A stretch of 64,000 nucleotides of DNA. Source: an uncultured Actinomycetota bacterium. GTDB taxonomy: Bacteria; Actinomycetota; Actinomycetes; JAFAQI01. Within the stretch, counting starts at the first letter, position 1. Each line of letters opens with the position of its first letter. The position numbers and the translations under genes are program-made. Location: assembly GCA_963770565.1 (NCBI GenBank), contig CAVYQE010000011.1, forward strand, positions 388,072-452,071, written 5' to 3'. Below the pieces are notes generated by a model, which was not told where the DNA came from, ran no database searches, and saw nothing but the letters and a program-made list of their open reading frames with translations. Below are positions 18,037-26,812 of this stretch, piece after piece.

Positions 18037-19284
18037 CTAGCGGTTCGTATAGACATCCGATCCGAACGACACGACCTTCGGCTGCTGGGCATCGCCGAGG
18101 TGATGCAGCCCGAAGATGTCCTCGATGCTGCGCAGCAGCGAGAAGTGGTTGTAGGGGTTCGTGGTCGTCGTACCGGGCTTGACGAACTTCGACAGCACGA
18201 TCGCGCCCACCCGGCCACCGCCCGGGCCGTAGAGTCCCGGCTCGTTCATGTTCGGGTGCGACGGGGCGGAGTAGCCAGTGCTGACGCGTTCGCCGCAGCA
18301 GGCGCCGGCGTCTTCGTCGGACCCCGACTCGTCGAAGTTGATCACGATCATGCCGTTCGCCTTGTAGGCCGGCGAGTTCGTGATGATCGGGATCCACTTC
18401 TTCAGGAACTCGTTGACGCGGATCAGTCCGCCCTTGCGGCCGTCCTGGCACTTCGGGGTGTCATGGCCGTCGGCGCAGGTGTTGGGCGTGATGAACGAGT
18501 AGTTCGGGGTCGTCGAGATCTTCTTCAGGTCCTTCTGCAGTGGCTTGAGGGTCAACACGTGCGAGTCGCAATAGGCCTGGTTGTCGATGATCGACTTGAA
18601 GTAGACGAACGGGTCGTGTCGGGTCGCGTAGCTGTCGGTCTTCGGCCCCGTCGAGTCGGTCAGGTCCTCGGCGCCGAGCGCCGGGTGGCCACACGCCGGG
18701 CCGTTGGCGGTCTCGACGGTCTTGTCGCGGTGCGGAAGGTTGCCCATGTCCTGCTCGTAGGCCCGCCAGGTGAGGCCCTTGGCGGTGAGCTGGTTGGCAA
18801 GCGTCTTGACGTACTTCGGGTAGACGCAGCCCTCGCCGGAGAGCTGGTGGTACTTCGTCCACTTGTCGAAGTTCTCGCCGCCGAACTGGATGAACGGCTC
18901 GTACAGACCGCAGTCCTGGCCGAGCTCGTAGTTGGTGTTCTGTCCTGAGATCATCGCGGTGTAGTTGTCGAGGCTGTCGTGCCCGATCCCGTAGTACTGC
19001 GTGAGCAGGGCGCCCTTGGCCGGCAACGTCTTGGCGAGGTACGGCGCCTGCTTTTCGCCGGGCTTTCCGAAGCTGTATCCGAAGGATTCATTTTCCAGCG
19101 TGATGATCCACACGTGCTTGATGCCCGGCGGCGTGGAGGCCTTGGCCGGGTGCGCGGCTGCCGCCGGGTGGGCGGCGCCGCGGGTGTGTGCAATGGCCGC
19201 GGGAACGGCGACGACCAGGCCGACAACCAGCGCGAAGGCAGCGACCGCCGTGGTCGCGAGACGGTGGGTCTTGAGGGTCTTCGG
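18037..19284 (-). CDS. secreted phosphoesterase family protein (AcpA / non-haemolytic phospholipase C family)
   Basis: GTG start after SD GAGGAG; signal peptide; motif ITLENESFGYSFG. Confidence 0.65.
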   Translation of the reverse strand, partial: PKTLKTHRLATTAVAAFALVVGLVVAVPAAIAHTRGAAHPAAAAHPAKASTPPGIKHVWIITLENESFGYSFGKPGEKQAPYLAKTLPAKGALLTQYYGIGHDSLDNYTAMISGQNTNYELGQDCGLYEPFIQFGGENFDKWTKYHQLSGEGCVYPKYVKTLANQLTAKGLTWRAYEQDMGNLPHRDKTVETANGPACGHPALGAEDLTDSTGPKTDSYATRHDPFVYFKSIIDNQAYCDSHVLTLKPLQKDLKKISTTPNYSFITPNTCADGHDTPKCQDGRKGGLIRVNEFLKKWIPIITNSPAYKANGMIVINFDESGSDEDAGACCGERVSTGYSAPSHPNMNEPGLYGPGGGRVGAIVLSKFVKPGTTTTNPYNHFSLLRSIEDIFGLHHLGDAQQPKVVSFGSDVYTNR

Positions 19285-19463
19285 CACGGTGTGCTCCTCT
19301 GTTTGGTGGGTCGCTAGGCGCCACTCGAGCGGCAAAGTAGCAGATTGCCTACAACAAGACAAGCCGATAATCTGATTGCCGTCAGCATAGTTCGGGGCGA
19401 GCTCCGGCTGAGGGATGCCCGGATCGACGCCGCGCTGGATGCATTCGCGAAGTTGGAGGTCGG

Positions 19464-20891
19464 GTGACCGAGATCGACGCGACTCCGTCGTGGCCGAGCG
19501 TTCACACCGAGCTGCCCGGCCCGCGCAGCCGCGCGTTCTTCGAGCGGCTCGACTCGCGGGTGATCGCGGGGATGACCGACCACGACGAGGTTCCCTTCGC
19601 CGAGGCCCGCAAGGTCGGCTCGCTCATCGAGGATCTCGACGGCAACGTCTTCGCCGACCTGGTGTCGGCGTGGGGCGCGGCGCCGTTCGGGGGCTCACCC
19701 GCTGATGTCTTCGAGGCAGTAACGACCGCGCAACGGCGCTATGGGATGGAGATCACCAACTACATCCCGAACGAGCCCGCTCTCGCCCTCGCTGAGCGGC
19801 TGCTCGACGTTGCCCCGCCGGGCATCACCCGGGTCGCGAGTGCCCTGAGCGGCACGCTCGCCGTCGAGGCCGGCGTGAAGCTGGCCCGCGAGTCGACCGG
19901 CCGGCCGATCATCCTGACCTTCCACGGTCAGTACCACGGCGAGGCGACCTACCTCACCGCGAGCGCGTCGAGCGACCTGTCCGAGGTGGCGAGCTCTAGT
20001 GCGGCGTATGTCGGCGGGCTGGTGTTCGCGCCGTACCCGAACTCGTTCCGGGCGCCGTTCCACCGCGGTCCCGGACCGTACGACGACCTGATGTATCTCG
20101 ACTACATCGAGGACTGGCTACTGGTACATCAGGTCGAGCCGGAGCAGATCGCCGGCGTGCTGATCGAGCCGGTGCTCGGCGAGGGCGGCATCCTGGTGCC
20201 ATCGGAGGCCTTCTGGGCGCGACTGACCGCGATGTGCCGGCGCTGGGGCTGGAAGCTGATCCTCGACGAGGTGCAGACCGGCATGGGTCGCTGCGGCACG
20301 ATCTTCGCCTGCGAGCGATGGAATCTCGAGCCCGACATCGTCTTGCTGGGCAAGGGGATCACCGCGGGCGGCCAGCCGATCGCGGCGGTGCTCGGCACCG
20401 AAGCAGTGATGGCTGACTCCGACGTGCACGGAGCCGGAACCTTCGCCTGGACGCCGGCTGCGTGCGCGGGTGCGGTGGCCGGCATCGATCGGCTGCTCAA
20501 CAGCGACGTCCTGGCCAATGTCGCGACCATCGAGGCGATCGCGCACGCCGAGCTCGATCCGCTGATCGAGGAGATCGAGCAGGTCGGTGACGTGCGCGCG
20601 GCCGGCGCGCTGATCGGCGTGGAGTTCGTCACCGATCGCGAGACGATCACGCCCGCGCCGGCCTTCCACCGGTCCGTGCACCAGGCCGCGATGGCCCGCG
20701 GCGTACTCGGCATCACCCAGTGGGGGAAGTGGGTCTACCGGCTGCAGCCGGCGCTGACGACGGCGCCGGAGCTGTTCGAGTGGTCGTGCCGGGCGATCGC
20801 GGACGCGATCCGCGAAGTCGCCGCAGACCCGCCGGAGGAGCCGGCCAGTCTGCTCGACCGCGGCAGCCCGGGCGGCACCCGCCGCCGCTAG
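19464..20891 (+). CDS. class-III aminotransferase (paralog of 8456..9841)
   Basis: GTG after SD GGAGG; motifs LIEPVLGEGGILVPS, DEVQTGMGRCG, LGKGITAGG; co-linear similarity to the 8456 gene along its length. Confidence 0.85.
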   Translation: MTEIDATPSWPSVHTELPGPRSRAFFERLDSRVIAGMTDHDEVPFAEARKVGSLIEDLDGNVFADLVSAWGAAPFGGSPADVFEAVTTAQRRYGMEITNYIPNEPALALAERLLDVAPPGITRVASALSGTLAVEAGVKLARESTGRPIILTFHGQYHGEATYLTASASSDLSEVASSSAAYVGGLVFAPYPNSFRAPFHRGPGPYDDLMYLDYIEDWLLVHQVEPEQIAGVLIEPVLGEGGILVPSEAFWARLTAMCRRWGWKLILDEVQTGMGRCGTIFACERWNLEPDIVLLGKGITAGGQPIAAVLGTEAVMADSDVHGAGTFAWTPAACAGAVAGIDRLLNSDVLANVATIEAIAHAELDPLIEEIEQVGDVRAAGALIGVEFVTDRETITPAPAFHRSVHQAAMARGVLGITQWGKWVYRLQPALTTAPELFEWSCRAIADAIREVAADPPEEPASLLDRGSPGGTRRR

Positions 20892-20892
20892 T

Positions 20893-21050
20893 GTCCTGCG
20901 TCAGAAGTTGCCTGCCACCACTTGTGGCGCCCGACCGCCGCCTCGCGGCGTTGTCGTCGTCGGCGGTAGCTCCACTACCGCGCTCCTCCTTCGCCTTGCG
21001 AGTCCGGCGCCCGGATCACCACAACTGGCGGCGAACTTCTGACGCAGGAC
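20893..21050. repeat. 158-bp intergenic element bounded by perfect 17-bp inverted repeats (GTCCTGCGTCAGAAGTT ... AACTTCTGACGCAGGAC)
   Basis: Left arm 20893-20909, right arm 21034-21050; fills exactly the gap between two convergent stop codons. Confidence 0.4.
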
Positions 21051-21051
21051 G

Positions 21052-21558
21052 CTAACGGACCGCGGAGCGGGTCAGCCGGCGCCGCCGGCGCACGGTGTGG
21101 ACGACGAGCAGTCCGGCCAACAGAACTCCGGTGATGGCATGCCAGCGGATCGTGGTCGGGTGCCCGATGACCCAGTCCCAGATCCCGGACGCCAGCATCG
21201 CGGCGGTTAGCGATGCGAGGCCCAGGTCGGCGAGGGCCATCCGGCCCGAGCGGGTCCGCATGCTGCGCACCCGGACCAGCCTGGCGGCCAGGTTGGCAGT
21301 CGTCTGGCGCCGCTGAACGATATGGACGACGACGAGACCGACGAAGATCAGTCCGAGGCCGATGTGGATCGCCAGTACCGGCTCGAGCACGAGTGACACG
21401 AGCGCGGTCGCGATCAGCGCGAGGTGGACGCAGGTTCGCAAGACTGTCTGCCGGTCCCGCGCGGCCAACCGGGTACCACTCACCGGCACAGCGTGTCCCG
21501 GCCGCTCGCGCGCCGCATCAGGGGAGTCCCCGATCCGCACCCTGACCCGTTTCAGCAC
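21052..21558 (-). CDS. hypothetical membrane protein
   Basis: About four hydrophobic helices; start uncertain. Confidence 0.4.
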   Translation of the reverse strand: MLKRVRVRIGDSPDAARERPGHAVPVSGTRLAARDRQTVLRTCVHLALIATALVSLVLEPVLAIHIGLGLIFVGLVVVHIVQRRQTTANLAARLVRVRSMRTRSGRMALADLGLASLTAAMLASGIWDWVIGHPTTIRWHAITGVLLAGLLVVHTVRRRRRLTRSAVR

Positions 21559-21644
21559 ACGACGCCCCTGCGCCGGCGACGCAACTGGCGCGGGTCGGCC
21601 GAAACGGCGCGAACCAACGACAGTTGTGTGCTGAAACGGGGGAG

Positions 21645-22958
21645 CTAGGCGCCCGCGGTCAGGAGCGCGAGGTGGTCGGCGAACGCCGGGTAGCTGGTCG
21701 CGACCGCGTCGAACCCGTCGATCCGCGACTCGCCGTGCGCCGCGGTCGCCGCGACAGCAGCCGCCATCGCGATCCGGTGATCGCCGTGGCTGTCGACCCG
21801 CGCCGGCTGCAGCCCGTGACTGCCGGTGATGTCGAGACCGTCGGGGTGCTCGGTGACGCTGACGCCGAAACCGGTCAGCATCGCCGCGATGGTCGCGACC
21901 CGGTCGGACTCCTTGACCCGCAGCTCGGCGGCGCCGCGGATCCGGGTGACGCCGGCTGCCAGGGCGGCCGCGATCGCGAGCGCGGGGATCTCGTCGACGA
22001 GGCCCGGCACTTCTTCCGGCGTGATGTCGGTGGCACGCAGGTCAGTGCCGCGAACCCCTACGGCGAACGCACCGCGCGCCTCGCTCGTGACGCTGATCTC
22101 GGCGCCCATCCGGCGCAGGACGTCGAGGAAACCGTCGCGAGCCGGTCCGAGATAGAGGTTGGTGATCGTCACGTCGCTGCCCGGCATGGCCGCGGCGCCG
22201 GCGATCCAGAACGCCGCCTGAGACGGGTCGCCTGGCACCGATTCGTCGAGCGGCTTCAGGGTCGACCGACGTACCGAGGTTGTCGTGCCTTCCACGGTGA
22301 GATCGGCGCCACGCGCGAGCAGCATCTCTTCGGTATGCCGCCGGCTGACCGCCGGTTCGCGGACCACGGTGGTGCCGTCCGCGGCCAGCCCGGCGAGCAG
22401 GATCGCCGACTTCACCTGCGCCGACGCGACCGGCGTGGAGTAGTCGATGCCGTGCAGACCGCCGCCAGTGATGACGAGGGGTGCGAACGACCCACCGGAC
22501 GGACCGCCGATCTCCGCGCCCATCAGCCGCAGCGGGATGGCGATCCGATCCATCGGACGGCTTCGGATCGACGCGTCTCCGTCCAGTTCGGTGCGGAACG
22601 CCAAGCCGGCGGCGACGCCGGCCAGCAGCCGGATCCCGGTCCCGGAGTTGCCGACGTCGATCACCTGGTCCGCCGGTCGCAGCCGGCCACCGGTGATGCG
22701 TACGCCGTCATCCGCCCGCGCCACGTCGGCGCCCAGCGCGACGACGGCGGCGAGCGTGTGGCCGACATCCGCGCCGTCGGAGAGCCCGTGCACGCTGCTC
22801 GTGCCGTCCGCCAACGCCGACAGCAAGATCGCCCGATGCGAGATCGACTTGTCGCCGGGGACCTCGAGCCGGCCGGTCAATCGGGTGGGACCGGTCACCG
22901 ACAGCGACCGCGCGATGTCGTCCGTCATGGCTGTGTCGAGGGCGGCCGATCGCGCCAC
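21645..22958 (-). CDS. aroA: 3-phosphoshikimate 1-carboxyvinyltransferase (EPSP synthase)
   Basis: Motifs LPGDKSISHRAILLSALA and the rest of the EPSP synthase fold. Confidence 0.9.
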   Translation of the reverse strand: MARSAALDTAMTDDIARSLSVTGPTRLTGRLEVPGDKSISHRAILLSALADGTSSVHGLSDGADVGHTLAAVVALGADVARADDGVRITGGRLRPADQVIDVGNSGTGIRLLAGVAAGLAFRTELDGDASIRSRPMDRIAIPLRLMGAEIGGPSGGSFAPLVITGGGLHGIDYSTPVASAQVKSAILLAGLAADGTTVVREPAVSRRHTEEMLLARGADLTVEGTTTSVRRSTLKPLDESVPGDPSQAAFWIAGAAAMPGSDVTITNLYLGPARDGFLDVLRRMGAEISVTSEARGAFAVGVRGTDLRATDITPEEVPGLVDEIPALAIAAALAAGVTRIRGAAELRVKESDRVATIAAMLTGFGVSVTEHPDGLDITGSHGLQPARVDSHGDHRIAMAAAVAATAAHGESRIDGFDAVATSYPAFADHLALLTAGA

Positions 22959-23048
22959 TCCGCCGCTACCATAGTTGTTGCATTGTAAGCAATTTGGCCA
23001 TGGCTCGGCCGGGGGCGTCGGCGCGGGGTGGTCGAGAAGGGATCCGCG

Positions 23049-23753
23049 GTGACTGCTCCGTCCTCCGGTGGGTCTGGGTCGCTCGAACCGCTCCAGCTGC
23101 AGAGCACGCCGGCCCTGATCGCGGACCGGCTCCGCGCGGAGATCCTCGAGGGTGCCTTTCCCGCCGATTCGCAGCTGTCAGAGATGGAGCTGGCCCGCCA
23201 GCTGCGGGTCAGTCGTGGCCCGATTCGCGAGGCGATGCAGCGACTGATCCAGGAAGGCCTGCTTCGGGCCGAACGTAACCGGGGGGTCTTCGTGGTCGAG
23301 CTCGACCACGACGATGCCCGTGACGTTTACCTCGCCCGCGGCGCGGTCGAGCGCACCGCGGCAGCGATCGTGACGCAGCAAGCCTCAGCGGAGGCGCTCG
23401 CGTCGCTTCAGCAGGTGGTCGACCGGCTCACCGCGTCGCTGGACGGGGACTGGGCGGACGTCATCACCGAGGACCTCGCGTTTCACCAGACCCTGGTCGA
23501 GGCGGCTGGCAGCCTCCGGCTGTCCCGGATGTTCCGCACCCTGCTTGCCGAGACCCGGCTGTGCCTGATCCGGCTCGAGCCGTTCTACGACGGCCGGTCC
23601 GATGTCGTGGCGGAGCACCAGGACATCCTCGACGCGATTCGCTCCGGTGACCTGGCCACTGTCGACCGCCTGATCAGCCTGCACATGGACTCTTCCGCGG
23701 CGCGTTTGTCGGTGCCGAAGACCGGAAGTGCGGGCGACGCACCCGCGGACTGA
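23049..23753 (+). CDS. GntR family transcriptional regulator (FadR/FCD subfamily)
   Basis: wHTH ELARQLRVSRGPIREAMQRL plus C-terminal FCD domain; GTG 23049 has SD GAGAAGGGA (alternative GTG 23028). Confidence 0.8.
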   Translation: MTAPSSGGSGSLEPLQLQSTPALIADRLRAEILEGAFPADSQLSEMELARQLRVSRGPIREAMQRLIQEGLLRAERNRGVFVVELDHDDARDVYLARGAVERTAAAIVTQQASAEALASLQQVVDRLTASLDGDWADVITEDLAFHQTLVEAAGSLRLSRMFRTLLAETRLCLIRLEPFYDGRSDVVAEHQDILDAIRSGDLATVDRLISLHMDSSAARLSVPKTGSAGDAPAD

Positions 23754-23801
23754 CCGCGGCCTACTCCGCCGGCCGAACTGGTCGGCGGGAGACTGGCCGG
23801 C

Positions 23802-24737
23802 ATGAGGGTGTTCGTGGCCGGCGCAACCGGGGTGCTGGGAGCGCGGGTGCTGCCGCTGCTCGTGCAGGCCGGGCACGAGGTCACCGGGATCAGTCGTACG
23901 CCGGCTAAGGCGGACCTGGTGCGGGCGGCCGGCGCGACGCCGGTAACGCTCGACCTGTTCGACCCGGAGGAGCTCGCCGGGGCAGTCGCCGGGCACGACG
24001 CGGTCATCAACATCGCGACCCACATCCCTGACTTGTCGAAGGCGATGCGAGCGAGCGCCTGGGCCGAGGACTACCGGATCCGCACCGAAGGCGCGCACAA
24101 CCTGGTCCAGGCCGCGCTGGCAGGCGGCGCCAGTCGCTATCTCCAGGAGTCGGTGGCCTTCTTCTACGCCGATGCCGGCAGCGAGTGGGTCGACGAGGAC
24201 TCGCCGGTCGACCTGCCGACGTACGCACAGGCGAGCCGGGCCGCCGAAGCCGAGGCGCAGCGGTTCACCGAGGCCGGTGGAGTCGGCGTGGTGTTGCGGT
24301 TCGGGCTGTTCTACGGCGCCGGTTCGTCGCACACCGGGAGCCAGCTCGCCATGGCCAGGCGCGGCCTCTCGCCCTTTCTCGGCGGACCGGACGGCTACCA
24401 GACCCTGCTCCACCTCGATGACGCCGCCACTGCGGTGATCGCGGCCCTACGCGTGCCGAGTGGGGTCTACAACGTGACCGAGGACGACCCGGCGACCCGC
24501 CGTGATCTTGCGCACGCGCTCGGCGCCGCGCTGAACCGTCGGCCCGGTCGAAGCCTGCGCGGGGCGCTGCGGCTCGGCGGCGCCCGGGCGGCGTACCTCG
24601 GCCGCTCGTTGCGAGTCAGCAACCGGCGGTTCCGGACCGCGAGCGGCTGGTCCCCCGCGTACCCGACTCCGGCGCTCGGTTGGGCCCAAGTGGTCGAGGC
24701 TCAGGCGGCACTGGGTGGCGGCAACCGTCCGGAGTAG
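23802..24737 (+). CDS. NAD(P)-binding epimerase/dehydratase-type SDR
   Basis: Rossmann motif VFVAGATGVLGARV. Confidence 0.75.
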   Translation: MRVFVAGATGVLGARVLPLLVQAGHEVTGISRTPAKADLVRAAGATPVTLDLFDPEELAGAVAGHDAVINIATHIPDLSKAMRASAWAEDYRIRTEGAHNLVQAALAGGASRYLQESVAFFYADAGSEWVDEDSPVDLPTYAQASRAAEAEAQRFTEAGGVGVVLRFGLFYGAGSSHTGSQLAMARRGLSPFLGGPDGYQTLLHLDDAATAVIAALRVPSGVYNVTEDDPATRRDLAHALGAALNRRPGRSLRGALRLGGARAAYLGRSLRVSNRRFRTASGWSPAYPTPALGWAQVVEAQAALGGGNRPE

Positions 24738-24771
24738 CCAGTCGACGGTGTCTGGGGCCGACACTGTGAGG

Positions 24772-25998
24772 ATGAAGCGCTGGCGCTCCGGTGCCGCTGT
24801 GGCGGTCGTTGTGGTGGCCGGGCTCGGTGCGGGGTGGTCGGGCGCCGGGTCGGTCGCGGCGCTGGGATCGGCGCCCGCTCATCGGTCCCGACCGATCGCC
24901 GTCACGGCCTCCGGCTCGGGTCATCAGGCCCTCCCGCTGCACGTCTCGGGCAATCGGATCGTCAACTCGAACGGCAAGGCGGTCCAGCTGCACGGCTTCA
25001 ACAACTCCGGCGCGGAGTACGCGTGCATCGAGGGCTGGGGGATGTTCGACGTCGACACCGCGACCAACACCTCGGTCCCGGTGTCACATGTCGTGGCGAT
25101 GGCGAAGTGGACCGGCGCGAACGCGGTGCGGGTCTCGCTGAACGAGCAGTGTTGGCTCGGGCTGGCCGGGGTCAAGCCGCAGTACGCCGGCGCCCACTAC
25201 GCGCATGCGATCGAGGGGTACGTCCGGGAGCTCAACGCGCACGGCTTCGCCGTGATCCTCGACCTGCACAACAGCGCACCGGGCAACGAAACCTCGCTGA
25301 ACCAGGAGGAGATGCCGGACGCGCACAGCATCGCCTTCTGGAAGCAGGTCGCGAAGGCGTTCAAGGGGAACCGGTCGGTGCTGTTCGACCTCTTCAACGA
25401 ACCGTGGCCGGACGAACAGTCGCTCTCGACCGCGGCCTGGCTGTGCTGGCGGGACGGCGGCTGCCGGCAGACGTCCCAGAACGGCGGCGCGACCTACACC
25501 GCGGTCGGGATGAACCAGCTGATCCACGCCGTGCGGTCGGTCGGCGCACGCAACATCGTGCTGGTCGGCGGTCTGAACTTCGCCTCATCGCTCGACAACT
25601 GGTTGCGCTACAAGCCGACCGATCCCGACCACGAGCTCGCGGCGTCCATCCACATCTACTCGTGGGGTGGCTGCATCACGTCGTCCTGTTACAACGGCGT
25701 ACCGGCCAGGGTGGCTGGCAAGGTGCCGCTGGTGATCGGTGAGTTCGGCGCGGACCTCACCGCCGGGTACGCGACGATCGCCGCGAGCTGTCCGCCGAAA
25801 TACGACGGCACGACCGGTTTCGACCAGACCTTGCTGACCTGGGCGAACGCCCACCACGTCAGCTGGCTGGCCTGGACCTGGAACCCGTGGGGCGACTGCC
25901 TTTCCCTCGTGCAGGATTTCGCCGGAACGCCGACCAGCCCCTATGGCATCCGGATCCGGAAGGACCTTCGCGCGGCGAGGCAGTCGCAGCGAGCGTGA
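24772..25998 (+). CDS. secreted glycoside hydrolase family 5 (endoglucanase/cellulase-like)
   Basis: Signal peptide MKRWRSGAAVAVVVVAGLGAG; GH5 motifs LFDLFNEP and IGEFG. Confidence 0.8.
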   Translation: MKRWRSGAAVAVVVVAGLGAGWSGAGSVAALGSAPAHRSRPIAVTASGSGHQALPLHVSGNRIVNSNGKAVQLHGFNNSGAEYACIEGWGMFDVDTATNTSVPVSHVVAMAKWTGANAVRVSLNEQCWLGLAGVKPQYAGAHYAHAIEGYVRELNAHGFAVILDLHNSAPGNETSLNQEEMPDAHSIAFWKQVAKAFKGNRSVLFDLFNEPWPDEQSLSTAAWLCWRDGGCRQTSQNGGATYTAVGMNQLIHAVRSVGARNIVLVGGLNFASSLDNWLRYKPTDPDHELAASIHIYSWGGCITSSCYNGVPARVAGKVPLVIGEFGADLTAGYATIAASCPPKYDGTTGFDQTLLTWANAHHVSWLAWTWNPWGDCLSLVQDFAGTPTSPYGIRIRKDLRAARQSQRA

Positions 25999-26035
25999 GA
26001 CCATCGATGCTGTGGCGATTACGGCGACCAGCATC

Positions 26036-26713
26036 GTGCGTGGCCGGGAGGCGCAGCCGGACGCCTACACCGCGCCCGGCCTGACGCTGCGCGGAGCGGC
26101 CACCATCTTCGCCGGCACGTTCAGCGCCCGCCTGCTGGTCCCGGTCGTGCTCGCCACCGCGGTGCTGCGGGTCAGCCTCGGTGGCTGGCGCTGGTGGGAC
26201 CTCGGCATCGCGGCGATCATCCTCGGCGCGCAGCCGTTCACCGAGTGGATCATCCACGTGACCGTGCTGCACCTGAAGCCCCGCACCGTCGGCCGCGTCA
26301 CGATCGATCCACTCAGCTCGCGCCGGCATCGCCAGCATCACGCCGACCCGAAGATCCTCGGGCTGGTTCTCGTTCCGCGGCCGATCATGGTCGTCACCTG
26401 CCTGACCAACGTGGCTGTCTTCTGGCTGATCACGCCGACCTGGCGGCTGGCGCTGAGCGGGATGGTGACGGCGTACGCGATGTATCTCACCTACGAGTGG
26501 GTGCACTTCCTGATCCACTCGAGCTATCGGCCGAAGCACTGGTACTACCGCTACATCTACCGGGCCCACCGGCTGCACCACTACCGCAATGAGAACTACT
26601 GGTTCGGTGTCACGGTCCACGTCGCCGACCATGTGCTGCGCACCTTCCCCGGTAAGGACGACGTGCCGGTGTCCGCAACCGCGTTCACCCTCGGGGTCGA
26701 GCCGACCGGCTGA
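26036..26713 (+). CDS. fatty-acid hydroxylase / sterol desaturase superfamily membrane protein
   Basis: Histidine boxes HRQHHADP, HFLIHS, HRLHHYRNENYWFG; start uncertain (GTG 26036; ORF track starts at 25943, overlapping GH5). Confidence 0.6.
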   Translation: MRGREAQPDAYTAPGLTLRGAATIFAGTFSARLLVPVVLATAVLRVSLGGWRWWDLGIAAIILGAQPFTEWIIHVTVLHLKPRTVGRVTIDPLSSRRHRQHHADPKILGLVLVPRPIMVVTCLTNVAVFWLITPTWRLALSGMVTAYAMYLTYEWVHFLIHSSYRPKHWYYRYIYRAHRLHHYRNENYWFGVTVHVADHVLRTFPGKDDVPVSATAFTLGVEPTG

Positions 26714-26812
26714 CCAACACCCGACTCGGGCCGGGATCCTGGTTCACTCTCGCGCTACGTCCAGGGAGTCGTTATGCTCCCGCGGACGACACTGCCGGCA
26801 TTGGGGGAGGCC

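Noticed and set aside
20893-21050. Autonomous IS element
   Set aside because: No transposase ORF and too short; at most a non-autonomous MITE-like element.
21624-22988. 454-aa plus-strand ORF
   Set aside because: Antisense to aroA, which has unmistakable EPSP synthase motifs.
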